The notes under the pieces: generated by a model
What the model saw: the letters and a program-made list of their open reading frames with translations, nothing else
The model's database searches: none
What the model was told of the DNA's origin: nothing
Made by a program: the position numbers and the translations under genes
From: Octopus sinensis
Taxonomy: Eukaryota
Assembly (NCBI RefSeq): GCF_006345805.1
Contig: NC_043004.1
Location: forward strand, 85,746,001-85,810,000
DNA: 64,000 nucleotides
Direction of reading: 5' to 3'
Part shown: in pieces, positions 30,992 to 44,762 of the stretch
Position numbering within the stretch: the first letter of the stretch is position 1
Layout: each line of letters opens with the position of its first letter

Positions 30992-31067
<76 letters not shown>

Positions 31068-32252
31068 GTTTCTTTATTGGCCACACAGGGCTGCACACAG
31101 ATGGGACAAGTTACAAGGTAGAGCTTTTCTTTTGGGGAAGAAAAAAAAAGGGTGGCGTAGGTTTTCGATCAAAAGGATCATAAAAGGGAAAAAAGAACAA
31201 AAAAAAAGAAAAAAGAAAAAAAAAAAAAAAGTAAAAGGAAAAAAGAAAAAAGGGAAAAAAAGAAAAGAAAAATGAAAAAAAGAAGAAAAAAGAGGAAAAA
31301 AGGGGGAGAGAAAAAAAAAACGATCGACAGGGATCGTGTATCACAGTGTCATGATGTATGGTGTAAAGGGGAAAGCAAGTAAGGTTTATCCGTGGGAAGA
31401 AGAGCCTACGAAAAAGACCACGGTAACCTTGTTCAATATTGTTATATGTTACCACATTTGTTTGCAAGTGGGTAACCCTCTGTTTTCAATTTCTGGGTTC
31501 ATAGGATTATGCTCAAGGTGGCTTCGTCATTCATACGTGCCATCCTTGCTACATTCACCCATCTTTTTTTAAAACGTTCGCTAGACAAATCTTGCCTCTC
31601 TACTCTCACTTTCCTTTTCAAGTGGTACTTGAAGAAGTTGACGAGAGGTTGACCAGAGAGGAAAGTGTTTGTCTTCAATCCTTTCAGACGCGTCCACCAG
31701 ATACATTCTTTCGCCATAGCCACAAGGATGATGAAAATAGCTCTTCCTTCCCGTTTGAAGAAAGAGGCGTGACAATATTGACGATAGACTCAGCTGATAA
31801 ACCGACACGTCCCACACGTGACAGCAGTTGTTCGACATAAGCCCACAGGTCGGAAATTGTTGGACACTGCACGAGTGCGTGCAGAACGGTTTCGTCGCTC
31901 TGACCGCATCTCGGGCAGGTCGGCCCCGTGTTTCTCGAGCCGTGTCTGTAGAGCTTATTCCGAACGGGTAGCGCTTGTCGGTAGCACTGCCAGGCCAGGG
32001 ATCTCTGGAAGTTGTCCATGGGCCCTGGCCCGAAAGTCGTCCCGAACAGGCGGGTCAGGTATTCCTCGTCGACGTCCAGGTTCGCCCCGAGCTCGTCGTC
32101 GAACCTCCCCTCCACTAATCCCCTATAGAATGCTTTGGTTGTGATGGAGTCACTCAAGGTTGACCCAGGACGGCGGAGTTGCTTGAAAGCAACGCGACAC
32201 TCGCGGTGCCATTCGTCCTTTCTCAGCCTCTTTTTGATCCATGATTGCAGTT

Positions 32253-32253
<1 letters not shown>
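31068..32253 (-). mobile_element. 5'-truncated L1-group (Tx1-like) non-LTR retrotransposon in (GATA)n
   Basis: zf-RVT-like CPRCGQSDETVLHALVQC, ORF end at 31499, 3' UTR ending aataaagaaac, (GATA)n on both flanks. Confidence 0.85.
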
Positions 32254-32339
<86 letters not shown>

Positions 32340-33227
32340 GTAGCGAGATACATAGATTGGGAGATATAAATGTAGATATAGAAGGAGAGATATTTCTTAA
32401 TTAAATGTGAACAATTTTCGTCAGTCATCCGAATCCTCTGTCTGTCTGCTAACACATCAGCCATCCATACTCTCTCGCAACCACACAACACCACACAAAT
32501 TGTATTGATAGGAACTGAACTCACAGTACAATAATGTATTTGTGTAAAGAAACACATAATACAAGCAACAGTGACGGAAGCATCTCATTTAGAATTTCTA
32601 ACAATGACTTTGATAAGAACTATTACTGACACATCGAGAGACATAGAATCTATCAAGATTTTAAATTTTCTGTAAAGTAATATCATTGAGCTTGTGAATT
32701 TAAACATGGGCCGAACATGTATAAAAGTGACAGTCATGCTATAGCGGCCATGGATACATGTCATTTACTGGTTAAAGTGAAAGTGAAAGTGGAAGTTGGA
32801 CATATTTTATATGAGAAGACTTGCGGCATGTTGAGCAAGGAAAGTCCAGGTCGTTGATCGCTGATATATGGCTGTACGTACACCTAACCACCATCTATTC
32901 TTGATATCTAGATATCTCTTTATCTCTATGTTTGTTTGTTCAACTATTGAAGTGTTTACAGAAAAATACACACATGCAGGTACTCACCCGTACATATTAG
33001 AATAAATGTATAATCAACTACCCTGATTTGTATATTTTTTTGTTTGCTTTTTTTTCATTTCTTTTCGGCGGGTTGCATATATATCCTCACTCGCATAACT
33101 ATACGCTCCAAAGCATACGTATTCACGCACTCGTCTAGCATATTTATGCATCCATCTATCAACCTATTGCATTTTTATCTATCCTTCTATTTTGTATATT
33201 AAAATAATAATAATAATAATAATAATG

Positions 33228-33284
<57 letters not shown>

Positions 33285-33391
33285 TAATAATAATGATAGT
33301 GATAATAATAATAATAATATAATAATAATAATAATAACAATAACAATAATAATAATAATAACAATAATAATGATAATAATAATAATAATAA

Positions 33392-35330
33392 CTTCCTGAA
33401 GCACAATATGTCGTTGTGGAATACGAATCTCCAATTATACCACTCTAATGGAGTACTTGCCTCAGAAAATATAAACATCAACTGTGGAATTTTTCAAGGT
33501 GACTCACTTTCACCTTTAATATTCTGCATAGCCCTAATACCCCTTACAAGTGAATTAAACAGAACAGGGTATGGGTATAAAATTGCCAATAAAAAATAAG
33601 CCATCTATTTTATATGGATGACTTAAAACTTTATGGTAAAGACAATAATGAACTTGAAGGCCTATTGTGCACTGTGAAAGCATTCAGCGATGACATCGGG
33701 ATGGAGTTTGGACTTGAGAAGTGTGCCAAGGCCACTTTCCAGAAAGGGAAAGTGAAGACCACAAATTCAGTCGTGTTAGATGTTGACACAGTCATAAGAG
33801 AGATGAGCAAGAACAGACATACAAATATTTAGGGATAAATGAAGGCTCTGGTATTCAGCATGCAAGCATGAAAGAGAAAATCAGGAAGGAATGTTATAGG
33901 AGAGTTCGTGCAGTCCTGAAATCTGAACTAAATGCACGTAACAAGATGTTAGCTATAAATTCCTTAGCAGTTCCAGTTGTTACTTATAGCTACAATGTGT
34001 TGAACTGGAATATGAGTGAAGTAAAGAATATAGATAGGAAAATACGCAAGCTGCTGAGTTTTAATAGGATGCACCACCCAAAGGCAGACGTAGATTGCCT
34101 TTACCTTTCCAGAGCCCAAGGAGGTCGAGGCCTGATCCAATTTGAACTAGCTTACAAAACAACCACAATTGGACTGGCCAAATATCTCGAAATATCGAAT
34201 GACTGGATGCTAAAGCTCGTGGAAAATCACGAGAGACGAAAGAAGCTTCATTCTATTATAAAGGAAAGCAAAAAATTTGCTATTGATCTCGTGCAGGATA
34301 CCCAAACAGAACAACCCGAGGGAAGTACGGCAATTATTGTTGCAAAGAAGGTGAAAATAATGGCAACGAAAAAAGCGCACAAGCAATTGGCTGATAAGTG
34401 GGAGGAGAAACCTCTGCACGGCAAATATGTGACCCGCAGCAAACAAGCTGATGTTGACCAGAAGCAAACCCATCAGGGGCTACGGAGCTCAGGGCTAAAA
34501 GCAGAGAGCGATGGTTTCATCCTGGCTGCTCAAGATCAAAGCCTATTAACCCGGAACTACCAGGCCAATGTGATGAAAAATGGAGCAGACCCAAAATGCC
34601 GATTCTGCAACGACATGATTGAAACAGTGGACCACCTAATCTCTGGATGTAAAGTCTTAGCTCCAGTGGAGTATAAATTAAGACATGACAGAGTTGGCCA
34701 ATATCTACACTGGCTAATAAGTCGGCATTACAATATCAAAACTGCCGACAAGTGGTATAATCACCACCCTGAGGCTGTAACTGAAGGAGAAAATGTAACC
34801 ATTCTGTGGGACTTCCCAGTACATACAGACCGAACCATCAAGGCCAATAAACCAGATATTGTTGTGAAAGACCAAAACAATAAAGTTTGCTTATTGATCG
34901 ACATGAGCATCCCCTGTGATCATAATATCTCAGCGAAAGAGTTTGACAAGCTCAGAAAATATAAAGACCTACTCATTGAAATTGAGAAAATGTGGCATCT
35001 CAAGGCGGTTACAATACCAGTGATCGTAGGAGCACTAGGAATGATCAAGAAGGGAACCGAAAATTATATGAGAATGATCCCTGGCTTACCATCCCTGCAA
35101 GAAGTGCAAAAGATTGTCTTAACTGGTACATCACACGTATTGAGAAGAGCATTGTCGATGTGAGAACTGTTGCTGCTCATGTATTTTAATTTAACTTAAA
35201 AAAAAAAAAATGAACGAATTATTGAGTTTGGTTTAATGGCCTACCAATGTATACTATGAGTTTCTTTGCCCTAGGAGTCGGGAAGACACTCGGCAAGAAA
35301 TGGAAGCAAATTTGAAAGAAGAAAACAAAG
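33392..35330 (+). mobile_element. 5'-truncated R4/Dong-like RLE non-LTR retrotransposon in (TAA)n
   Basis: RT motifs GIFQGDSLSPL and YMDD; CRFC..ETVDHLISGC, RHD, PDIVV..D..K restriction-like endonuclease; (TAA)n on both sides. Confidence 0.92.
33408..35163 (+). pseudogene. RT-RLE polyprotein, C-terminal ~585 codons, broken by two 1-bp deletions
   Basis: ORFs 33408-33599, 33614-33832 and 33868-35163 join if one base is restored at ~33596 and at ~33803. Confidence 0.85.
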
Positions 35331-35349
35331 TAATAATAATAATAATAAC

Positions 35350-36022
<673 letters not shown>

Positions 36023-36070
36023 AATAATAATAATAATAATAACAATAATAATAATAATAATAATAATAAT

Positions 36071-36101
<31 letters not shown>

Positions 36102-36167
36102 TAATAACAATAATAACAATAATAATAATAATAATAATAATAACAATAATAATAATAATAATAATAA

Positions 36168-39080
36168 GGTAAGAGAACACCGGGGACGTTTAAGATGTGA
36201 GAACACCGGGGACGTTTAAGATGTGAGAACACCGGGGACGTTTAAGATGTGAGAACACCGGGGACGTTTAAGATGTAAGAAGGAAAATACAGAGCTCCGA
36301 AATCTATCCACAAACATCGAAAACAAGGACATCCTATGGAGCCAAAGATTTACTAACAAAGAATTGGACTGTATCCGAGTAAGTAATACTAATTGAAATT
36401 TATTACTATTTTCGAAACGAAATGATGTATTTTGACTCGATATTATCTCCACCTCAAACACAACACATGTAAACATGCGTGGAACATCACGATCATCCCC
36501 GACCTCAAACAACATGTACAAAGGAACTGAGAACACCGGGGACGTTTAAGATGTAAGAAGGAAAATACAGAGCTCCGAAATCTATCCACAAACATCGAAA
36601 ACAAGGACCTCCTATGGAGCCAAAGATTTACTAACAAAGAATTGGACTGTATCCGAGTAAGTAATACTAATTGAAATTTATTACTATTTTCGAAACGAAA
36701 TGATGTATTTTGACTCGATATTGTCTCCACCTCAAACACAACACATGTAAACATGCGTGGAACATCACGATCATCCCCGACCTCAAACAACATGTACAAA
36801 GGAACTGAGAACACCGGGGACGTTTAAGAGGAGAACACCGGGGACGTTTAAGATGTAAGAAGGAAAATACAGAGCTCCGAAATCTATCCACAAACATCGA
36901 AAACAAGGACCTCCTATGGAGCCAAAGATTTCCTAACAAAGAATTGGACTGTATCCGAGTAAGTAATACTAATTGAAATTTATTACTATTTTCGAAACGA
37001 AATGATGTATTTTGACTCGATATTATCTCCACCTCTAACACAACACATGTAAACATGCGTGGAACATCACGATCATCCCCGACCTCAAACACCATGTACA
37101 AAGGAACTACGAAGAAATTAAATGCCACCGATACTATTCAACCCAAGAATAACAATCGAGCGGTACGTACATTAAACTTACAACAAAAAATGTACGAAAA
37201 ACTACACGTGCGAAATAATGTGACAACAGAAATAAACGGACCGGTACCCTACGAAAATGACGACCATCAAAATAATGGGCCGGACGTTGTACCTCATGTC
37301 CCGCAAATAAAACCCAAAAGACGTAAATGGACACGTGAGGAATACATTTCTATCTTACACGCATACTTCACAGCAATGCTCTACCTAAAAAATGAAAATA
37401 CAACAACACATACATATAAAATATGGAAGGAAAATAATAGAGATTTGGACTTGGATACAGCAATGAACCCTAATAAATTAGCTAACGTACGAAGATACAT
37501 TCTCAAAGCCAAAAAAATATCAGAAATAGAAATAGAACATTTAAAAGAAAAAATGCACCAGGAAAATGTAGATAGAAGCCACACAACAATGCCCAATAAT
37601 ATAAACACTGAAACTGTAAAACACGAAGACAAACGCAACATTCCCAACAAACACGATGTAAACAACGAAGGGGAGCCTAATGATTATGATAATATAAAAA
37701 ATAAAATAATCAAAGAACTGAAAACCACAGAGCCCAAAATGGACCAGCGACCATACCTCCCAAGAATAAAAATAAACGAAATAACAACACCAATTATAAA
37801 CAGCATAAGCCTAGCCGTCACTGAACTAGCCACTGAAACAAAAAAAAATGATATCACTGAACTAAATGACTTGATATACGCAGCAGCCACTGCAGCCACA
37901 AAAGAAGCTGGATACTCACCCAAACCCGCCCAAACAGGAGTACCACCACCCAAACAAACCCTGTGGATAAATAACATCCAAAACAAAATTTAAAAAAATA
38001 CCTACTTCAGAAGGAAGGAAAACTGATCCAGATAGCAGCAAAACACGAGCAAAACAAAAAACTGTTCTCAGTATTTAAGAAAGCTGACAAATACAAACAA
38101 GAAATCATACCACCTAATAAACACGAAGAAGAAGAAGATGATGAAGAAACAACAAAAGCTATAAAATAAATGAAATCCAAACTAAAAATAGAACAGCAAC
38201 GAACTATGATAAAACGATGGCAAGAAAAGCCCCTTCATGGTAAATACTGGACTAAACTAAACACAAAAGAAATAGACAAAGAAAAATCCCAGCAATTGTT
38301 GAGAAGCTCAGGACTCAAAGCAGAAACAGAGGGATTTTTAATTGCAGCACAAGACCAAAGCCTCCCCACCAGAAATTACCAAAAACATGTAATGAAAGGA
38401 AATATTACAAGTAACTGCAGAATATGTGGAGATGGACAAGAAACAATAAATCATATTATCTCTAGCTGCCCAGTCCTGGCTAAGAAGGAATATATTCACA
38501 GACATGACAGAGTTGGAACCTACATACATTGGAAGCTATGCCAACATTATGGAATAACAACAGAAAAAAGATGGTATAGGCACACACCAGAAAAGGTCAC
38601 AGAAAACGAGAAAGCAACCATACTCTGGGATATGCCGATACACACAGATAGAGAAATTAGGCCAACAGACCAGATATAGTTGTCAGAGATCATGAAGAAA
38701 AAAAATGCTTTCTAATTGATGTATCAATACCGGCAGATGACAACGTGTCTCTAAAAGAAATGGAGAAACTCTCAAAATACAAAGACCTGGAAATAGAGGT
38801 AACTAGAATGTGGAATCTGAAAACAGAAACAATTCCTATCATAGTAGGTGCATTAGGCATGATAAACAAATATTCAGACAAATACATAACAAAAACACCA
38901 GGACTTACAAACACATATAACATACAGAAAATTGCACTACTAGGCACCGCACACATCCTACGCAGAACACTTTCCATACAATAACCATCAGAGCATCACA
39001 ACAAATCACAGCACATACCAAGGCACACAGAGCTGCGCTCGGTAGTGAAGTGAAAGCACGCTATAAAAATAAAACTACTG
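36168..39080 (+). mobile_element. Second R4/Dong-like subfamily: derivative lacking the RT domain, in (TAA)n
   Basis: N-terminal ORF 37055-37993 joined to KPLHGK..CRIC..ETINHIISSC..RHD..PDIVV RLE region ending 38984; no RT motifs between; (TAA)n flanks. Confidence 0.85.
36173..37108 (+). repeat. 5'-region tandem repeats: 26-bp unit x4 and ~278-bp unit x3
   Basis: gagaacaccggggacgtttaagatgt x4 (36173-36276); long units start at 36251, 36529 and 36831. Confidence 0.95.
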
Positions 39081-39120
39081 AATAATAATAATATAATAAT
39101 AATAATAATAATTAATAATA

Positions 39121-39151
<31 letters not shown>

Positions 39152-39222
39152 CATAATTGCAGGAGCGGCTGTGTGGTAAGTACATATATATATAAATATA
39201 ATATTTTGTCGAAACATCTAAG

Positions 39223-39273
<51 letters not shown>

Positions 39274-39283
39274 AACACAAACA

Positions 39284-40822
39284 CAGGGTCTTGCGGATAA
39301 GTCGAGACTAATTGTTATTAGTGGGCTGAGTTGGTTGGGGTTTAACTTTCCATTTTTTGACAAAACCTTGCTTGCTAGAAATTGGGATGCTCTTCTTTAT
39401 CTTTTAAGTAAATAGGGAACTGATTCGGCAGCTGAAAGTCATGGAATAACAGAATCGTTCCGCCATTGTTGTTTTGGCACCGCCGAGTACACTGCCAATA
39501 AAATTGTGAAATTGACGAAACTTCCAAAAGCAACGGTTTATCGTGTGAGTATATACAATTTAAAGAAGAGGGTAATAATTATAGAAAGAATGCAAGACAC
39601 GAGGCGAGTTGAAGCGCAATCCAATGCTTCTTTCTGGCCGATTGAATCCAAAAATCTACAGCCATGTCGGCTCTTGCAAAGGAACACAATATGTCTCTTT
39701 CCACGGTGTCCAGAGCTGTGAACAGGAACCTTGGTATGATTAGTTATGTTCGACGCTGTCACCTAACAGTCAATGTGAAAGCAATCAGAGCCGAGAGACG
39801 CCCAAAGCTTCTGTCGTTCATCAATCATCAAGGCGCAGGAAAAACTCATGCGTTTGTGGACGAGAAGTTCCTTGTCGAAGGTGAGGTGTATCGCAGAAAT
39901 TCTCGTCCTCACTGTGTTTGATACTAAAAACCCTACCTCTGTGATGGTATTTGGAGTTGTAATGAGTGATGTAGGTGTCATAGGACCACACTTCATTGAG
40001 TCTGTCTTAAACATCGGCACAAAGGATTATCTGAACATCCTATTGCCTTGGAAGTAGAAGTTTGGTCTTAAAAATGTGGTACTTATCCAGGATTCTGTAA
40101 CATGCCAGTTAAGGTGAGACAGTGTCACGTGACAACTTGCTGGGGCTGCCTGCTGGAGCCTAGCGGCAGGTATTTAAAGGGAAAAATTTGACAAGTCAGT
40201 CAGTCACGGGCTGACACTCGCTGACGATGCATCGAAGAGGCCAGGGAACAGAAGAAAGAAGAAAGAAGACATGCACCCAACACCAGAGCTGAAGACAACT
40301 CCGAAAGTGGAGGGGGAACGTCAAAACGGTAGAGAAATAGGGGCTGAAACCGGTCCTGGTTCCTCCTGATGACGTCTTGAGCTAACTGGATCCTATAAAG
40401 GAGCAGTTGTGGTAGCAGACTACGAAACACGGTTGTAATTCCTCCTTTGTGAAAAGGTGCCACTTTTTGTGAGGGCCAAAATTTGGCCCAGTAATAGCTC
40501 AGATCTCAAAGTTCTCGATTACTTTTAATGGGGAATACTTCAAGCATGGAGGAATGCTTCACTTCACTCGAGTGTCAAAAGTTTGAGGAGCTGCATCGAG
40601 CGGGAGACACGCAAAATCTAGAAGGTGAGGATTGCGGCAGCTGCAAAAATAGTTCGTTCTCGCTGGAGCTTGTAATTTCCCAAAAGGGCGGCCATATTGA
40701 GTGATAACTATTTTAGTTGTAATAAATGTTACATAAATATTATATCTGTCTACTACCATTATATTAATATTTATAACCAGTTTTATGCGTCGTAAAAATT
40801 GTTTCACTTTATATACAAGACG
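39284..40822 (+). mobile_element. Decayed Tc1/mariner element (DDxD-type transposase pseudogene)
   Basis: HTH-like KLPKATVYRV and MSLSTVSRAV; FVDEK, VMVFG, IQDS, WPSNSSDLKVLDY; cagggtcttgc TIR-like start. Confidence 0.8.
40121..40464 (+). mobile_element. Unclassified ~340-bp insertion splitting the transposase gene
   Basis: GC-richer block between the QDS and WPSNS codons; imperfect inverted ends agtgtcac/gtgccact; two CUGAnGA and two GAAAC motifs. Confidence 0.55.
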
Positions 40823-40989
40823 TTCAGGATAAAGGAAACCTACTATCTCTTAAGACGGTAGAATGTAATTTGAGAGAGAGGTTTGGCTGCTATTTCGGGC
40901 AGTTCTAGCGACGAAGTTCAGGTTGTTTGTTGTATACGTGCGTAATGGCTGCGTTGAAAATGATGACGGTGACGATAAAGTTTATGATA

Positions 40990-41054
40990 AAGTTACCGAT
41001 GGAAGTGAAAAGAAGAAGAAGAAGAAGAAGAAGAAGAAGAAGAAGAAGAAGCAA

Positions 41055-41144
<90 letters not shown>

Positions 41145-41165
41145 AAGAAGAAGAAGAAGAAGACG
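40990..41165. repeat. (GAA)n-(TAA)n-(GAA)n compound microsatellite
   Basis: Visible directly in the sequence. Confidence 0.95.
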
Positions 41166-41679
41166 GCGACAGCTCAGAACACGTAGACGATGTCTATGAA
41201 ATAGAAAATGAAGATATAAAAATTACCTAAACTTGATATGCAGAAAAGGAACGGGAAGTAGGGGAAACACGCTGCCAAAAATGGTAAAAATAATATACGT
41301 ACAGAAAACAATGGAAAACATTTCAAAAAAGCTTAAAAAAATAAAAATGTAAGCTAACAGACATGATCACCACTGAAAAATATTTTCGTTGTACTGGTAG
41401 CACGAAAAATTCCGAGCCGACATGTTTCATTTGATCATTTAGTTTTTAGATATTCTATCGTCTGGTTTTAGTTTTTGGTCATCAGCTTGATTAAACACGA
41501 TGAGGAGAAGTGGATCTTAGACAGGTAGCTTACCTACTGTTGTAATAACGAAAAACATAAAGAATTTCTATTAAATGCAGTCTTTTCCTTTGATTTGTTG
41601 TGTAAGTCAGGAACGGTTGTTCATTTGTGGTGCAGCGAGATGTGATACCATGGTTGTTGATGTTAATAAAATTACAGTC

Positions 41680-41810
41680 ATGGATTTGGTTTCAAATGTC
41701 GGCACAAACCAGCAGTTTTCGAAGGGTGAGTACGTCGATTACATCGACCGCAGAGCCCAAAATGGTACTTATTTTAGCGGCTCCAAAAGGATGAAAATAT
41801 TACTTTAAGC
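41680..41810 (-). mobile_element. SINE family B, 3' part
   Basis: gtcgattacatcgacc...tggtacttattt...aaggatgaaaa. Confidence 0.65.
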
Positions 41811-42120
41811 AAAGCAATTCCATGAGAAAAATAATTGGTGCACCTTTGCGCGTATGAGGTCTCAGGCGTTTAGAACATTGCTGCAAGAAGCAGAAATGAA
41901 AATAAAAACGTGAGCTTGAAGTAGTCGTTTTTGAAAATGTCGCTCATAAAGGTATTTAAACAGAAGAACATAGGGTAGACCTTTACTTCAATATTTCATT
42001 TCATATTTCAAAAAATATTCAAGCAGTAAATATTTAAAAAGAAAAGAAAGATCGATTTGCCAGCTGGTGATCGGAAACAAGTAATTCAGAGAACTGGAAA
42101 TTGGAGCCTTTCGTTTATAA

Positions 42121-42182
<62 letters not shown>

Positions 42183-42194
42183 ATATATATATAT

Positions 42195-42475
42195 GTTATA
42201 TTTCGGAATGGTCATTTTGCCAGTTTAGCCAATAAAAACACACGCACTATATATTTGGTGTTATTTTGCTTCAGTGTTATTTATTTTTTACATTAATCTT
42301 AATCTTATTTCGGCCAGAGTTCTTTCGTCACACTCCTGTGACCGCATCAGTGGTCCTTTGTTTTCTTCTTATTGTGTCTCTCCTTACTAACCGTCAGCCA
42401 TTCCGAAATACAACAATATCTGTTTCAACACACGACTTCACATAAAAAAAAAATCTTGCACAACAATATTTAAAC

Positions 42476-42480
<5 letters not shown>
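42195..42480 (-). mobile_element. Short inverted-repeat element with a variant hammerhead-like fold
   Basis: gttatatttcggaatgg / ccattccgaaatacaac IR; minus strand GGACCA CUGAUGCG GUCAC..GUGAC GAAA GAAC UC|UGGCC at 42311-42356; its 3' part recurs at ~62175-62240. Confidence 0.5.
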
Positions 42481-42543
<63 letters not shown>

Positions 42544-42547
<4 letters not shown>

Positions 42548-42791
42548 ATTCGAGACAAAACCACTATTTTAAAACCAAACAAGGAAAGACTTAATCAATA
42601 CATAAATTTTAATATAAATTAAATAAACCGCCACTACAAATGTTTCATGTCTGCTCCGACAATCTTCAGGTGGATTTTCGATCTTCTAATCAGTATCAAA
42701 TTTTGAAGTCAAATTTTATATTAAAATTTTATGTATTGATTAAGTCTTTCCTTGTTTGGTTTTAAAATAGTGGTTTTGTCTCGAATTATAT
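42544..42791. mobile_element. Fold-back element with ~75-bp inverted repeats in (TA)n
   Basis: 42544-42618 versus 42715-42791, near-perfect reverse complements. Confidence 0.9.
42631..42673 (-). ncRNA. Minimal type I hammerhead ribozyme in the spacer of the fold-back element
   Basis: CCAC CUGAAGA U UGUC ggagca GACA U GAAA C-AUUU-G UA|GUGG. Confidence 0.65.
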
Positions 42792-42877
42792 TATATAATA
42801 TTTTACTATAAAATTGGATTTAACCCTAAATCTGATTTTCCCCTGTAATTTTGGATTCATTCCCTAATATTTATTAT

Positions 42878-42951
<74 letters not shown>

Positions 42952-43076
42952 ATAATTATATATATATATCAAAATGTGGGTGAAAAATTGGATATTAATT
43001 TAATGACATCAATTTTAACACTAGTGGTCTAGCATATAAAATAACTGAGATTCAGTAAATAAGACTTCATACATAG

Positions 43077-43181
43077 ATATAAGAGAGAATTTTTTAACAC
43101 TATGTGGAAACCCTTATGCTAGATCCATAGCGGATCTTCTCCCAGCATAAGGGTTTCCACATAGTGGTTATAAAATTCCCT

Positions 43182-43188
<7 letters not shown>
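43077..43188. repeat. Hairpin element with ~44-bp arms
   Basis: atataagag...ggaaacccttatgct / agcataagggtttcc...ctcttatat; inner agatcc/ggatct. Confidence 0.85.
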
Positions 43189-43219
<31 letters not shown>

Positions 43220-43491
43220 CAATTGCAGCGTGAGAGGTGTTTATAAGCCATTTAAGAAACACTCAAAAACCGTTAGATTCACTTCAACATTTAAATTTCA
43301 TTTGTCAAAATATGTTCGTCGCTTTGAGACCGAGACGTGTTCACTGATAAAATTCCCTGATGCATCTCAAACAGGTCGCGGTTTCAAAGCGACGAAAATA
43401 TTTTGACAAATTACATTTCAATGCTGAAGTGAATCTAACGGTTTTTGTGTGTTTCTTAAATGGCTTATAAACACCTTGCACGCTGCAATTG
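43220..43491. mobile_element. Fold-back element with ~113-bp arms
   Basis: 43220-43332 versus 43379-43491, reverse complements with few mismatches. Confidence 0.9.
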
Positions 43492-43566
43492 TTGTCGTTT
43501 CAACACACGATCTAGGATCAGATCACTTGCTATGCAAGTACATCTCCATAATATATACATATTATA

Positions 43567-43667
<101 letters not shown>

Positions 43668-43751
43668 GATATAGGATAAAATTTTTTTCGGGAAAAAAAT
43701 TTTACCAATGCCCAGCATATCAAAAAATGCTTTTAAAGGTAAAATTTATAC

Positions 43752-43873
43752 ATAATTTACAAGATAAGGGCAGAAGAAAAATTCTAATGCCAGATACGCC
43801 GAAACAAATTTTTTTTTTTGTTTCGGCGTATCTGGCATTAGAATTTTTCTTCTGCCCTTATCTTGTAAATTAT
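43752..43873. repeat. Perfect palindrome with 57-bp arms and a T8 loop
   Basis: 43752-43808 is the exact reverse complement of 43817-43873. Confidence 0.95.
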
Positions 43874-44209
43874 ATATGTTATATATATATTAATGGTAGC
43901 TTTTAAGCTCACCTGTGGAGAGCTCTTCATTGGGCCTTGGGCCCATCAATGAGACTTCATTCATTGGGTACATATTAAATTTTCTCAAACTTGACCAATA
44001 TTTTCAAGCAATGGAGTTACTGCAAAGCTGCATAATAAACAACATTCTTTTGTCTCTCCATTCGGTGGGCAAAATTTTTGTGTATAACCTCTTTCTCTCT
44101 TTTTTCTCTCTCTCGTCATCTCTCTTTCTCTATCTCTCTTTCTCTCTCTCTCTCTTTCTCTCTCTCTCTTTCTCTCTCTCTCTCTATCTCTCTCTCTCTC
44201 TTTCTGTTG

Positions 44210-44540
44210 ATTGTATTCAACCATCACCAGTACCAACACCATCGCCACCAAAACTGCCATACACGCACCATTCAAACTTCTGACGCCACCATTATCAACA
44301 CATTTGACTTCGCCGCCTTCTCCTCCACCACCATCACCGCTGTCTTTCACATCGCTTACTATCACCAGCATCCCTGAGAGCCTCGGCCACCACCACCACC
44401 ACCACCACCATCACCACCGTCGCCTCCACCACTATCATAACTACAGCCATTACTGTCATCCCATTACCATCACAGCTTTCAATCTACTACCGCTCACACC
44501 ACCTATGCCTACTATTACGCTCACCCCTGAGGAGGAATAG
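44210..44540. repeat. Degenerate (CAC/CAT)n low-complexity tract
   Basis: Visible directly in the sequence. Confidence 0.8.
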
Positions 44541-44694
44541 AAGAAGTGTCATTGAATAATGATAGAGTGAACGTGTGACACACTGACACACCGAAATTCG
44601 TTTTGGCATTTAATATTATAAATATATACGCACGCACGCACATGAGTAGACACACACTCACACACACACACACTCACACACGCAGACACACACA

Positions 44695-44762
<68 letters not shown>

